Below are positions 37,575 through 49,162 of a DNA stretch of 64,000 bases, one piece after another. The notes under the pieces are model-generated. The model searched no databases. It was given only the letters and a program-made list of their open reading frames with translations, and was not told where the DNA came from. How positions within the stretch are numbered: the stretch's first letter is position 1; each line of letters begins with the position of its first letter. The stretch spans positions 4,512,001 through 4,576,000 of the forward strand of contig OZ001293.3 in NCBI GenBank assembly GCA_963921275.4, in the 5' to 3' direction. The stretch is from an uncultured Hormoscilla sp. GTDB lineage: Bacteria > Cyanobacteriota > Cyanobacteriia > Cyanobacteriales > Desertifilaceae. The position numbers and the translations under genes are program-made.

Positions 37575-38323
37575 CGATGTCTCCTGTGTGCCGTATGGAC
37601 CCTGGGACAAGAGCACCGGCAGAGATATCGAAAAGTAAGAAGTACATCGGACCACAGAAAAGAAGGGGACGCCGATGTCTCCTGTGTGCCGTATGGACCC
37701 TGGGACAAGAGCAAGGAGCAGAGATATCTTCGTCGCGCTATACGCTACGCTGGTAAGGTAGATAAAACCTTCCCCAGTCGCTTTCAGTTCCTTAAGACCC
37801 GCATTGGACGGCGTCCAGCAGGAGACAGCGGTGGTGTGGTCTGTGAGTCTCCGATGTCTCCTGTGTGCTGAGTCCCCTGGGACAAGAGCAAGGAGCAGAG
37901 ATATCGAAAGCCAGTATCACTTGACATGGGTGATAATATGTTAGATAACCCATGTCAAGTGATACTGTCGGCGCATTCGGTTGGTCTATTTGCTTCATAT
38001 GCACAATGGCAAGGGCGGTTATGTGGTGCAAGTTCGATGGCTGACCTGGATATTGACAAAAAGATCCGATCGCATTTCGGCGGAGGCGCCCTTGTTCCAG
38101 ATTGAATTCATTTTCCGCTCCGGGGCGTCAGTTTACTGGGCTTGCCCATTGTCAGGCACCCTCACGACTAAGCAGGAATTCCCATGTCGATGTCTCCTGT
38201 GTGCCGTATGTCCCCGGGCCCGAAGACAAGAGCTCTGGCATAGATATCGAAAATGTTAGTCTCGATGTCTCCTGTGTGCCGTATGTCCCCGGGCCCGGGG
38301 ACAAGAGTTCTGGCAGAGATATC
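37575..38323 (+). repeat. Cluster of five 53-60-bp dispersed repeats CGATGTCTCCTGTGTGC...GACAAGAG...AGATATC
   Basis: Copies at about 37575, 37673, 37852, 38188 and 38263; same orientation, unequal spacing. Confidence 0.85.
37912..37967. mobile_element. 56-bp palindromic MITE
   Basis: 20-bp perfect arms CAGTATCACTTGACATGGGT / ACCCATGTCAAGTGATACTG. Confidence 0.75.
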
Positions 38324-38717
38324 TTCTGGGCCGGTCCGGAAAGCCAAAACAGCCAGACAACAGTCAAGGGCCAGCAACCTGTGTCCCAAGACATGCATGG
38401 GACGATAGTATCTCATGCATGTCTTGGGACACAACCACTCCGTTGAGTTTCAAATCTTGCCGACTATAAACGCGCTTCTGAGAGCATATGCATGAACTTA
38501 TTTATTTCCTTGTTTGAGCCAACGAAAGATTAAATCTCACAAAGATGTCTCCCCACCAGTTGTGCTTTTAGCGCTCCCAGGAGACATCGAACGAACTACC
38601 AGAACCTGCTTGCCTACGGGGCCATAGCCTTCTAATTTTGTCCGGAGTATTGTACTGAGCTGATATGCTTAATCCTAGATCTCTGAGCTGCTGGATTGAC
38701 CTGTTTTAATCCTTTTT

Positions 38718-39467
38718 GTGATGTCACGAACGTTAACCACTTCCCTGCAAGAGCAACAACATCCTCTGATGCGCCAGCTAGCTGCATGTCTGGAGGGCGT
38801 CTGGCGCAGTCACCTGAACCTGAGTCCTGGGTACCTGCCGGATGAGTTGGGCTATGTGGAGGGACGCTTGGAGGGGGAGAAGCTGGCGATCGAAAATCGC
38901 TGCTATCAAACCCCCCAGTTCCGCAAGATCCACCTGGAGTTGGCGAAGGTGGGCCAGACCCTGGATATCTTGCACTGCGTCATGTTTCCCCGCCCTAATT
39001 ACAATCTACCCATGTTTGGCTGCGACTTGGTGGGGGCCCGGGGACAAATTAGTGCGGCAATCGCCGACTTGTCTCCTGTCAGTCCCAACCGCACTTTGCC
39101 CGACGCCTATCGCGAGGCCCTGGACGCCACCCCTAAACCTGAATTTTCCCAACCCCGTCAACTTCCGCCCTGGGGAGAGATATTCTCGGAGTTTTGCTTG
39201 TTTATCCGACCCGCAGACTCCCAGGAAGAGGCCCTGTTTCTCCAGCGGGTGGAGACCTTTGTGGATATTCATTGCCGTCAAGCGGTGATCGCCCAGCCAG
39301 TGGAACCGTCGCAACAGAGTGAAATCCTCGCTGGTCAGCGCTATTATTGCACTCAGCAGCAGCAGAATGATAAGACTCGTCGGGTGCTGGAAAAGGCTTT
39401 TGGTTCGGAATGGACCGATCGCTACATGACTTCAGTGCTATTTGACTATGTTGAAGATCTGGCCTAG
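38718..39467 (+). CDS. pcyA: Phycocyanobilin:ferredoxin oxidoreductase
   Basis: [40 protein letters not shown]. Confidence 0.96.
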   Translation: MMSRTLTTSLQEQQHPLMRQLAACLEGVWRSHLNLSPGYLPDELGYVEGRLEGEKLAIENRCYQTPQFRKIHLELAKVGQTLDILHCVMFPRPNYNLPMFGCDLVGARGQISAAIADLSPVSPNRTLPDAYREALDATPKPEFSQPRQLPPWGEIFSEFCLFIRPADSQEEALFLQRVETFVDIHCRQAVIAQPVEPSQQSEILAGQRYYCTQQQQNDKTRRVLEKAFGSEWTDRYMTSVLFDYVEDLA

Positions 39468-39577
39468 CTGCTGGGATGGTGAAGGGCGAACAATTACCAA
39501 TTCCAAATTGACAGTTGAAGATCTGGCCTAGCTGCTGGGATGGTGAAGGGCGAACAATTACCAATTCCAAATTGACA
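39450..39577 (+). repeat. 64-bp tandem duplication covering the pcyA 3' end
   Basis: GTTGAAGATCTGGCCTAG...CCAAATTGACA occurs twice. Confidence 0.85.
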
Positions 39578-39683
39578 ACTGACAACTGACAATTGACAAT
39601 CGTTAACAACCTATAACACTTGTAAATTAGCAATTGGCAATGAATAATAATTGAACTGCTGTTTTCAGGGAGAACATCACATA

Positions 39684-40052
39684 ATGGACGATATGTTTTT
39701 GAATATGCTTAGCTTCCTGTTTGAGACGACAGAATTTATCCAGTCAGAAGAAGAGGAGGAGATACCAGAACGAGACATAATTTGTCTGCAGATATAAAAC
39801 ATGATTAAGAAGCTAGAGAAAGAACAAAAAGTTACAGAAGATATCAGAGTAGAAGTAGAAGCATTGAAGTCAAAGCTGCCCGTTATTGAAAAGTGGGATG
39901 AAGATGATGAAGTTTATTATTATGAAGATGATGAGGATGAAGATGACGAAGGGGATGAAGATGATGAAGAGTATTCAGAAGAATATGAGTCCGATGAAGA
40001 TTTAGATGATGAGGATGATTTAGATGATGAGGATGAAGATGAAGATGAGTAA
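39684..40052 (+). pseudogene. Highly acidic (D/E-rich) hypothetical protein with an in-frame TAA near 39795
   Basis: Upstream ATG frame stops one codon before the 39801 ORF; poly-D/E tail. Confidence 0.45.
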
Positions 40053-40301
40053 GTTCTAGGGGAAGATGATGAAGATTAGAATGAGTACGATGAGTATTAC
40101 TAGGTCAACAGTTGATTAAAAAGACAAGAGTATTCATACTTTAGAGTTCCTTTGTATGCTTCACAAGGATTAGAATGAGTAGGATGAGTATTACTAGGTC
40201 AATAGTTGATTAAAAAGACAAAAAAATTCATACTTTACAGTCATAAAGAGCAAAAGTTCTCTACTCTATCAACGGTCTGCATGACCGCACCTATGGGACA
40301 A

Positions 40302-40525
40302 GTCACCCTTACTATGTGGCATATCACCCTTACTATGTGGCATATCACCCTTACTATGTGGCATATCACCCTTACTATGTGGCATATCACCCTTACTATG
40401 TGGCATATCACCCTTACTATGTGGCATGTCACCCTTACTATGTGGCATGTCACCCTTACTATGTAGCATGTTACCCTTACCATGTAGCATGTTACCCTTA
40501 CCTTTGACATGTAACGCTTACTATG
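40302..40525. repeat. 21-bp tandem repeat TCACCCTTACTATGTGGCAT(A/G), about 10 copies
   Basis: Direct reading; degenerates toward the 3' end. Confidence 0.9.
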
Positions 40526-40844
40526 TGACCAAGTCGGCTACGAATTCCGAAGCACTAGGATAGCTTGCGGAAGTTTACTCGCAGTCCATCGCGAGGATGG
40601 AGAGTCGGCACCGCATCCAGGGTAAGATTTTGTTTAGGGCATCCTGTCCGGGCTCTTCTTGCCGATGTCGCGCCACTTGTTCGATAGGATCTAAGTATAT
40701 AGGCAAAATTATTTTGATATTTTTTACAGCCGTAAATTTTCAATAATTTAGATTGCTGAAATCTTTATGGGGTAAGGCTTTCAACTATAATTTTACTGCT
40801 CGATCGCCTATGCCACAAATATAAAAATAATTTTGCACAATTAC

Positions 40845-41145
40845 TTAGCAATTGGTTCCGTGCCCGCAATGCCTTACCATAGGTTGTCCAACTCCAGCGC
40901 AGTGGCAGGGCGAATAAACCAGCCGTCAGTTCAGTAAACCATTGGGAAAGACGCCCTGTCATCTCTCCGGGTTTATTACCCATTAGCAAGGTGCTGGCAA
41001 TTTCAAAGGTCAGTTGTTTGAGTTCCCCAAACCAGGTAAAGCTACCCATACTTTCCCATTTTTCCAGATAGCTGAGGGTAATGTCTTTCATTATAGTCAG
41101 GTAATTTGCTAAAGCTGGACCGTGAAAAGCGGGCATTAGCAGCTT
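40845..41145 (-). pseudogene. Cytochrome P450 (CYP120-like) internal fragment
   Basis: LLMPAFHG.AL..Y...ELKQLTFEIA...TTYGKALRARNQLL; cut by an IS630-like end (GCACAATTACTTAG) and by repeats. Confidence 0.7.
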
Positions 41146-41290
41146 CTGGTGTCTCCTGGGTAGTGCGAGTACGATGTCTCCCGGGTAGTGCGACTAGCCC
41201 TCCGGGGAGAGATTGAGTTTCCAGGAGACGCCAGGTAGACCAAAGCTGCCTGGAGGTAAAGGTTTTTCTCTTTTTGTCATGTCGCGAGTG

Positions 41291-42082
41291 CTATTCGTGC
41301 AATTTGACAGCGGTTCTGATTATCTGTCCTGCTAACATGGCCGCCCCGAAACCATTATCTATATTAACCACGCCAATGCCAGCAGCGCAAGAATTGAGCA
41401 TTGCCAACAGGGCAGCTAAACCTTTAAAACTAGCACCGTAACCTACACTGGTAGGCACGGCAATCACGGGACAATCTGCCAAACCCCCGACTACACTGGG
41501 CAAGGCCCCTTCCATTCCTGCTGCTACGATTAACACATTAGCAGCATCAATAACTTGGCGGTTACTCAACAGGCGATGGATGCCAGAAACCCCCACATCC
41601 CAGAGGCGCTGCACTTGAAAACCGCCCAGTTCCGCTGTTACTGCTGCTTCTTCTGCTACGGGTAAATCTGCTGTTCCTGCTGATAATATCCCTATTTTAC
41701 CCGGATGCTGCACTTGAGGCGTCCCTAGAGCACATATTCTAGCAGTCTGGTAATAGCGTAAGTCAGGTACTTTTGATTGTACTTCAGCATAGACATCTGG
41801 TTCGATCCGCGTTGCCATCACTACAGCCGTGCGATTTTTCGGACCGTCCGCGGGCCGATCGCGCATCACCTTGATAATCTCAGCAATTTGTGCTGGAGTT
41901 TTCCCTAGTCCCCAGATTACTTCTGGAAAACCCGTTCTCAAACTGCGATGATGGTCGATGCGGGCAAAATCTCCCACCGGTTCAAAGTCAAAATGCTTAA
42001 GCCGATCTAAAGCGTCACCTGGGGTTACTTGACCAGCTGCGACTGATTCTAACAGAGTTCGTAAGGCTTCAGGTTGAGTCAC
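41291..42082 (-). CDS. larB: Nickel-pincer cofactor biosynthesis protein LarB (CpmA) with an 8-aa repeat insertion
   Basis: DHHRSLRTGFPEVIWG, AGTADLPVAEEA, GMEGALPS, VNIDNGFGAA. Confidence 0.93.
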   Translation of the reverse strand: MTQPEALRTLLESVAAGQVTPGDALDRLKHFDFEPVGDFARIDHHRSLRTGFPEVIWGLGKTPAQIAEIIKVMRDRPADGPKNRTAVVMATRIEPDVYAEVQSKVPDLRYYQTARICALGTPQVQHPGKIGILSAGTADLPVAEEAAVTAELGGFQVQRLWDVGVSGIHRLLSNRQVIDAANVLIVAAGMEGALPSVVGGLADCPVIAVPTSVGYGASFKGLAALLAMLNSCAAGIGVVNIDNGFGAAMLAGQIIRTAVKLHE

Positions 42083-42369
42083 GAGATTGTTAATTGTTAA
42101 TGGTTAATATAAATACTCACTTCGCACTTCACCCGCCGGGGGTTCACCAGGGGTTAAAACCCCCGGCAACCCGCGTCATAATGCGGTAGCTAGTTCATGT
42201 AGGGTGGGCAGTGCCCACCTTACTGTAGCATGGGATTAGCGGGCGATCGGGCACTGCCATCCGATCCACCTCAAACAGCTTTTCAGGTAAAATAGTAGCA
42301 CAGTGGTTTGACTCCAAACTGCATACAACTTACATTTGGCACCAGAAGTCCTGATAGAGGTAAATTGTC

Positions 42370-43764
42370 ATGAACCAACAGACGATCGAGGTAGTAGTAC
42401 TCGGGAATGCACAAGGGCCGCCCACCAGGACTACCACTCCACCACGCAAGCCAAAGTGGCATGATACAATTAATTACATAGGAAATCCCGATAGTTTCTG
42501 TCGCCAAAATCGGGAAAAATATGGTCCCTGCTTCAAAACAGCGCTACGGTCTTTGTGGGGTCTGCTAAAGCAATTCAAATGGCTTTTAATGGGGACATGA
42601 AGTATACAGAGATTGACTTGCCACTTACGACAATGGACATGTTTGGTCCCTACAGCCTGTTTCAGCGTCCTGATTTACATCGCCAGCGCAAAACTGCTCT
42701 GGGACCGGGTCTGACTAGTCGCGCCCTTGATGGATATACGCCCCAGATCGATGAGACGATCTGGCGTGGCCTCCAGGACTGGAGGTCCCCCGGTAGCATA
42801 GCACTCTACCCGACAGTGGAGAAGATCTGTTTTGACGTGCTTGTCCCTCTGTTGCTGGGAGTCACCTGGAATCACTCTGATCGGGCGACCTTCGAGGGTC
42901 TACCCGTTTCCTCGAAGGCGGAACTAAAGGCTTTGTATAAGACATATTTTGATGGCTTCTATGGCTTGTTGAAGTGGATGTCTCGTTTCACAGCATATGG
43001 TCGGGGACTCAAGGCGCGGGCGGCGCTGATCGACTTTATGAGGGCTGTGATTCGCAGGCGGCGGGTAGAAGGGCCCAATTAATCCTGCTGCGGTATTTCT
43101 GTCGATGATGCTAGCTGGCCAGCAGGAAAATCCAGATGGGGTTTTTAGTGATGACCTGATAGAGAGTTAATGCTTACTACGGTTATGGGCGTCACACTAC
43201 AACATTTCCGTACTGATATGTTCTCTGATCTACTAGCTGGGGGGACACCCACAGGTGGTGCAGCGGCTGCTCGAAGAGCAAGCAGTGGTGATGGGTATAC
43301 AGAGCAATGTCAACAGGTTTGAACCGGAGCATTTGAAGCAGATGCTTTTTCTAGAGGCGACTATCAAGGAGATACTGCGCACCCTACCTCCGAGCTCAAG
43401 TGCTAATCGTCGGCTCATTAAGTCTGTGGTGTTGGATGGGGTGCTATACGAGAAGGGCTGGGTTCTGATTGCCGAGCCACGGATTGCTAACATGATGGCA
43501 GAACATTTTCACAAACCGGAGCTATTCGATCCAGATTGTTTCGGACCAGAGCGTGGCGAGGGAAAGATGTATCAGTTCATTGCCTTTGGCGGTGGCGTCC
43601 ACGCCTGTCTGGGAGCCCAGATGACGATGGTAGTCACTAAGCTGTTCGCCTCTCATTTGCTGCGCCTGTTTGACTGGAAACTGACGGGGGAGGCCAAGTT
43701 CGTGCAGTTTCCCCTCAGGAAGATTAAGGATGATTACCAAATTGATATTGTACGCCGAGTGTAG
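42370..43764 (+). pseudogene. Cytochrome P450, frameshifted and with internal stops
   Basis: KYGPCFKT, EATIKEILR (ExxR), FGGGVHACLG heme motif; breaks at about 42545, 43080, 43168 and 43233. Confidence 0.9.
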
Positions 43765-43888
43765 AGAGCATTCAAGAATTAAGATAGAAGCTAGAAACCG
43801 GGTTTCTACTGTCGCGAGCAACGAGAATTCAATGCTTCGACCAGAGAAACCAGGTTATCAGTACCGACGCTCTAGGAATTCCACATCC

Positions 43889-45664
43889 CTAATCAATTTT
43901 CACTTCATAGATATTCCAGAGTCCCCAACTAGGCAGTCCCGAGTATTTTAACCCCGTGACCCGATCGCGCACTGCCATCATCGTCACTTCATTCACCAAG
44001 AATATCAGAGGTAGTTGCTCCTGGACGAGCTGCTGAAACTCCGCATATATCTTTTTGCGCTTTTGTTCGTCTAACTCCCGAGCCCCTTTGACAAACAGTC
44101 GGTCTATTTCCCGTTCCCAGTCGGAAACTTGCCAAGCTTGAATGGATGTTTCTCCTGGTTGCGGTCCTTGATTGAACAGATGGGAACCGCCGCTGCTGGT
44201 CCAAAGATTGGCGCCATTGTGCGGTTCTACCCCACCCGTAAAACCGATTATATGAGCTTCCCAATCCCTGGTATTGGTCAACTTGCTGACTAGGATGTTG
44301 AAGGCGATCGGGCGAAAATCCACCTGTATGCCTATTTTACCCAAATCTTGCTTGACCTGCACCCCGATCGCCTCGCGAATTTTATTTCCTGCATTTGTCA
44401 GCAGGATAAAGCACACCTGATTTCCCTGGCTATCCAACAGTAACTCTTGTTTGTCATACTGGAATCCTGCCGATCGCAGCAACTCTTGCGCCTTTTGCAG
44501 ATTGTATTCATAAACCTGTAACCCCGCTTCGGGAGAGAGAAAGTAAGGACTTTGCACGGAAACGGGAGAGTTTTCCCGGACCCCTATGCCGCGAAAGATG
44601 TTATTTACCATCCGCTGGCGATCGAGTGCATAAGCAACGGCCTGTCTAAATTCTTTGCTATGAAACCAGCGCGACTTAACGGGGTCTACAAAGGGTTCTC
44701 CCCTTTCATTTTTAGCTTGATTAAGATTGAACGCCATAAAGGTCGTACTCGAGGATGGTCCGCCAATCTTAATCGTAAACTTGCCTTGCTTTTCCTCGCG
44801 CTTGAGCAAAGAGAAATATTCCGGACGCAGGGGACGGGAATCTCCCATAATATCTAATGTCCCCGATCGAAATTGCAGCAGTTGGGTTTCCGTAGATTCT
44901 ACCACTTGCCAGACAATCCGGTCAATGTAGGGAAGTTGATTGCCCTTTGCATCTTGACCCCAGTAATAAGGATTGCGGGTAAAGATTACTCGTTCGCTTG
45001 GATTATAACTTTCTATTTTGTAAGGACCGTTGACTACAATCTCTGATGGTTTCGTACCCGTATGCCAAGTGGAAGTAAACTGCGGATTTCCTTCCCCATC
45101 CAGAGAAAGCACTGATTTTTGTAGCACATGTGCTGGTAAAATGCTCACTCCAGTCGCTCTCAAGAAGGGCGCAAAGGGTTCGGGAAGGGTAAATTCCACC
45201 AGGCGAGGATCGCCCAGTTTTCTGACTGTAGGAAATGAGCGCTTTTCCCCTATGCGCCCTATGCGCAAGGGCTCTTTAGCATCCGTAGGAATGTCCGGGT
45301 TAAAGACCACCTGTTTGTAGGTAAAGACAACATCATCCGCTGTCAGGGGTTGACCATCTGACCATTTTAATCCTTTTCTGAGGGTAAAAACAACCCGTTT
45401 ACGATCTGGGGATATTTCCCAAGATTCTGCTAAGGCGGGTTCTATTTTTCCCGTGATGCCATTTTCCTTAGTCAACCCCTCAAAGGTGAAGAGGAAAACA
45501 TTCGGAAATTCCTGATTCAATGCCGGGTTAAAGGTTTTGGGGTCCCCCAGGGTAGCAAGCACCAGTTGGGATTTTCTAGGTATTTCCCGTGGAGTGCAGC
45601 TGACGATACTCAGCTGGGTAATCACGATTAAAGCGATCGCGCCTATAATTTTTTTTATCCCCAT
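43889..45664 (-). CDS. ABC transporter substrate-binding protein (family 5, peptide/nickel)
   Basis: Lipoprotein Cys, DPKTFN, PALAESW, KWSDG.PLTADDV. Confidence 0.92.
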   Translation of the reverse strand: MGIKKIIGAIALIVITQLSIVSCTPREIPRKSQLVLATLGDPKTFNPALNQEFPNVFLFTFEGLTKENGITGKIEPALAESWEISPDRKRVVFTLRKGLKWSDGQPLTADDVVFTYKQVVFNPDIPTDAKEPLRIGRIGEKRSFPTVRKLGDPRLVEFTLPEPFAPFLRATGVSILPAHVLQKSVLSLDGEGNPQFTSTWHTGTKPSEIVVNGPYKIESYNPSERVIFTRNPYYWGQDAKGNQLPYIDRIVWQVVESTETQLLQFRSGTLDIMGDSRPLRPEYFSLLKREEKQGKFTIKIGGPSSSTTFMAFNLNQAKNERGEPFVDPVKSRWFHSKEFRQAVAYALDRQRMVNNIFRGIGVRENSPVSVQSPYFLSPEAGLQVYEYNLQKAQELLRSAGFQYDKQELLLDSQGNQVCFILLTNAGNKIREAIGVQVKQDLGKIGIQVDFRPIAFNILVSKLTNTRDWEAHIIGFTGGVEPHNGANLWTSSGGSHLFNQGPQPGETSIQAWQVSDWEREIDRLFVKGARELDEQKRKKIYAEFQQLVQEQLPLIFLVNEVTMMAVRDRVTGLKYSGLPSWGLWNIYEVKID

Positions 45665-45718
45665 TCTCTATTCTCCATTCTCCCTCATTCCCTGGATCCC
45701 GCCTGGGAACGTCATTCC

Positions 45719-47509
45719 CTATTCTACAATTTGCAGTTCGTGAATGTTCCAGAATGCACCCCCAAGGGCGGAGTATTTGATTGGTTGAACGCGAGCGCGC
45801 ACGGCAGTCATGGCCAAAGGATTAACCAGATAGATAAAGGGCAGATTTTCCTGAGCGATCCGTTGAGTTTTGGCATAAATTTCCTTGCGCTTTGCTTCAT
45901 CCAGTTCCCCAGCACCTTTAATATAAAGCCGTTCGATTTCCAATTCCCAGTCAGAAACAGTCCAACCATCTATAGGAGGTTGACCCTCTTGGGGGCCCAT
46001 ATTAAAAGTATGCAACCCACCTTCAGTTAACCAGAGATTTGCTTCCGCATTCGGTTCCACGCCACCGCCACCAATAGCGCCAATGTAACTGTCCCAGTTT
46101 CGCTGACTGTAAACTTTGTCTATGAGAGTATTAAAACTGATGGCTGTGAAGTCTACCTGCATGCCAATTTTACCCAAATCTTGCTGAATTTGCACCCCGC
46201 TCGCCTCCCGGAGTTTATTGCCAGCATTAGTCATTACTGTAAAGCGGACCCGATTTCCCTGGGCATCAAACAACTCTCCTTTCTGATTATACTTAAATCC
46301 TGCCGATCGCAGCAACTCCTTAGCTTTTTGAGGGTCATAGTCATAAACCTTCAGACCTTGTTCGGCACCAATATAGTAAGGACTTTGCTTGTAAATGGGG
46401 GAAATTTGCGGTTCTCCCAGTCCCCGGTAGACATTGTTAATCATTTTCTGGCGATCGATCCCGTAAGCAACCGCCTGTCGGAATTCTTTGGTATTAAACC
46501 AGCGGGACTTCATTAGGTCTACAAAGGGTTCGCCTTTTTGATTTCTTGCTTGATTGAGATTGAACACCAAAAATGTCGTAGTCAGGGTCGGGCCGCCGAG
46601 ATAGATAGTAAACTTGCCTCTATCTTCTTCTTGCTTCAGCAGAGAGAAATATTCGGGGGAGACGCTGAGGGAGTCCAACCCGCCAGAACGAAATTGCAGA
46701 AAGGAGTTATCTGTTGATTCGACAATTTCCCAGGCCACTCGCTCGATGTAAGGCTGAGAATTGCCCTCCTCGTCCTGACGCCAGAAATAGGGGTTACGGC
46801 GAAAAGTCACTCGTTGACTGGGAACATAGCTCTCCAGAGTATAGGGTCCATTGCAGATAATTTTAGCAGGATCGGTATCCGTTCCCCAGGTAGAGAGAAA
46901 CTTCGGGTTTCCCTGAGAATCATAACTGTATACTGATGCTCGCAAAGCATGGGCGGGTAAAATCGGCACCCCCGTGTTGCGCAAAAACGGAGCAAAAGGT
47001 TGAAGGACAGTAAATTCTACCCGCCTGTTATCCAATTTTCTCACAGTCGGGAGCGCCCGTTCTTCACCAATTTTGAGAATGTCTCTGATATCCGTGGGAA
47101 TTTTTTCGTTTAAGTAGATATCATTGTAGGTAAAAACTACATCATCTACGGTCAGAGGCTCTCCATCCGACCATTTCAGTCCCGATCGCAGGGTAAAAAC
47201 AATCCGCTGATTATCTTCCGAGATTTCCCAAGATTCCGCTAAAGCAGGTTCAATTTCCCCCGTGATGCCATTTTGACCGACTAACCCTTCGTAAATCAGC
47301 CCAAAAACATTTGGTGCGCCTTGACTGAGGACATAGTTAAAGCTATTGGGGTCGCTCAGAATGCTCTGCACCAAACGGGGTGTTTGAGCAGCTGCGGTTG
47401 TGAAGTAGGTCGGGTTGCAACCGCTAAGGGCGATCGCCGTTATCAATGCCAGAATAACCGTAAGTAAAGAACGCAATTTTTTAAACATCATAGTCAAGTA
47501 TATCGTCAT
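45719..47509 (-). CDS. ABC transporter substrate-binding protein (family 5), tandem paralog
   Basis: LSGC lipobox; same motifs as the downstream paralog. Confidence 0.92.
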   Translation of the reverse strand: MTIYLTMMFKKLRSLLTVILALITAIALSGCNPTYFTTAAAQTPRLVQSILSDPNSFNYVLSQGAPNVFGLIYEGLVGQNGITGEIEPALAESWEISEDNQRIVFTLRSGLKWSDGEPLTVDDVVFTYNDIYLNEKIPTDIRDILKIGEERALPTVRKLDNRRVEFTVLQPFAPFLRNTGVPILPAHALRASVYSYDSQGNPKFLSTWGTDTDPAKIICNGPYTLESYVPSQRVTFRRNPYFWRQDEEGNSQPYIERVAWEIVESTDNSFLQFRSGGLDSLSVSPEYFSLLKQEEDRGKFTIYLGGPTLTTTFLVFNLNQARNQKGEPFVDLMKSRWFNTKEFRQAVAYGIDRQKMINNVYRGLGEPQISPIYKQSPYYIGAEQGLKVYDYDPQKAKELLRSAGFKYNQKGELFDAQGNRVRFTVMTNAGNKLREASGVQIQQDLGKIGMQVDFTAISFNTLIDKVYSQRNWDSYIGAIGGGGVEPNAEANLWLTEGGLHTFNMGPQEGQPPIDGWTVSDWELEIERLYIKGAGELDEAKRKEIYAKTQRIAQENLPFIYLVNPLAMTAVRARVQPIKYSALGGAFWNIHELQIVE

Positions 47510-47634
47510 CTAAGTTTGAGATTGTAGCCAACCCAGGAAATCTTGAGTCCGACTGAAATAATGACTCACTCCCGCCTGACGCAAGGCTTCTCGAACTTTC
47601 GGCGTACCTGTGTCCCTCGGGAGCGCTACTCGCA

Positions 47635-48163
47635 CTACCCGAGGGACACAGCAAAATCATTAACATTGCCACTCAGGAACACATTCACTTCGGTAGGGCG
47701 ATTGCGGGCGTGTCCCAATATACAGTGTAAAATCAAGTTGTCTGTACGGTCTTGAATGATAGTTTGACTCACGCTTGACTGTAGCATCTCGCTAGTTAAG
47801 GCTATTAGCTCTACTTGACTTGCTATCTGGTTAAATGCTTGAAATAGATGCGCCTCAGTTTCTCCAATTAGCATCTGATTATCATCGCGAACCAGTCGTA
47901 AATGGAAGAGGATAGACTGGGCCGCAGGCGAGATCCGATTTCGCTGTGCCCGGCTGTGCCCGGTTGATTTGAAGATCCAGTTCTTGCTCAAAAATTTTCC
48001 GAGACTTTTCCTCCTGTTCTAACACCGATAAAGCTTCCAGACAGCAAATGCATGGAATTGCTATCTGGACTGACTCTGGAGGGTTTTGCAGTAGAGTCAA
48101 TGCTTCGGGGTCGCGTCCTGTGGCAATGCTCATCAGGAAGTTAGTTTCTATGTAGAATATCAA
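47635..48163 (-). pseudogene. PIN-like protein, copy 2, frameshifted by a 10-bp duplication
   Basis: LIFYIETNF...CLEAL...TDNLIL...FLSGN..DF; GCTGTGCCCG duplicated near 47943-47962. Confidence 0.7.
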
Positions 48164-48722
48164 TTCTAATCTCCACATCTGATTTTGTCTGTCCACTGGA
48201 GAGCAGCGGTAATAAACCGATCGCTTCCATTTGTTCTGTTGCTGGAGGTATTTCTGACTTCCAGCGATAGGCCAAGTCATCCAGCCACGATTCTACTTTT
48301 CCCACAAGGTAGCTAGCATTCAAGTAGTAGGGCGACTTCTCCTTGTTGCCAATTTCCGGGTCATAACGACAAAGCACGTCTACTACTTTCAGCGTGCAAA
48401 TTGGTTCGTACAGATTTGCACTGTCTATAGCATATATCTGAATCTATTCTTTGTCAACCATCATCCCAAAGGGAATTACCCCTTGAGCTGCTTTCATGTA
48501 GCCAATGAACTCCTCTTTGTCCAGTTGCGTTATCTCTCTCCCTTGGGATTTAATTAACATGACGATTCTCTCCTCAGAGTCGATCTCCACGCTTTGAAAG
48601 ACCCGGCGCAGGGCGATTTCCCATTGAGGCGATCGCCCCTCTATCCCATTTGACGTGCTTGTTGCAGGGAGAACAATACGGAATTTAGTTCGCCTCGCCG
48701 CTTCATAATAAGTTTCAATCAT
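48141..48722 (-). pseudogene. Hypothetical protein, copy 2, with an internal stop at 48444
   Basis: Paralog of 49140..49703. Confidence 0.75.
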
Positions 48723-48739
48723 CTTCTCTCCTCATTGTT

Positions 48740-49162
48740 GATGGGCAGAATTAAATTATCCGTACTATCCGTAATAATAGTTTGGCTCCTGCTTAACCGT
48801 AGCATCTCAGTATTTAGCGCAATTAACTCAGCCTTTGTCTCAATCATGCTTTGGGCTTCAAACAAACTCGACTCTACATCCTAGCGCCTCATTCTCCGTG
48901 CCATCCTGTCGTAAGTGGAACAATAGAGACCGTGAGGTGAAATCAGATTTCGCTGTGCCTGGTTTATTTGAACGTTGAGCTGTTGCTCGAAACTTTTGCG
49001 AGACTTTTTATCCTGTTCTAATACTGATAATGCTTCCAAGCAGCAAATGCCCGGAATCGCTATTTGCACCGATGCTGGTGGGTTTGCCAGCAGAGTCGCT
49101 GCTTCCAGGTCACGTCCTGTAGCAATGCTAATCAGGAAGTTAGTTTCTATGTAGAATATCAA
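48740..49162 (-). pseudogene. PIN-like protein, copy 1, frameshifted and truncated
   Basis: LIFYIETNFLISIATGRD; paralog of 47635..48163. Confidence 0.7.

Noticed and set aside
37575..38323. Possible degenerate CRISPR array
   Set aside because: Repeats are 53-60 bp and spacing ranges from 13 to about 280 bp; the pattern fits dispersed insertions.
40206..40510. Repetitive ORFs (TLTMWHI, HPYYVAY, SKGDMPH repeats) as a RiPP precursor or repeat protein
   Set aside because: They arise from a 21-bp tandem repeat open in several frames; no leader peptide or modifying enzymes nearby.
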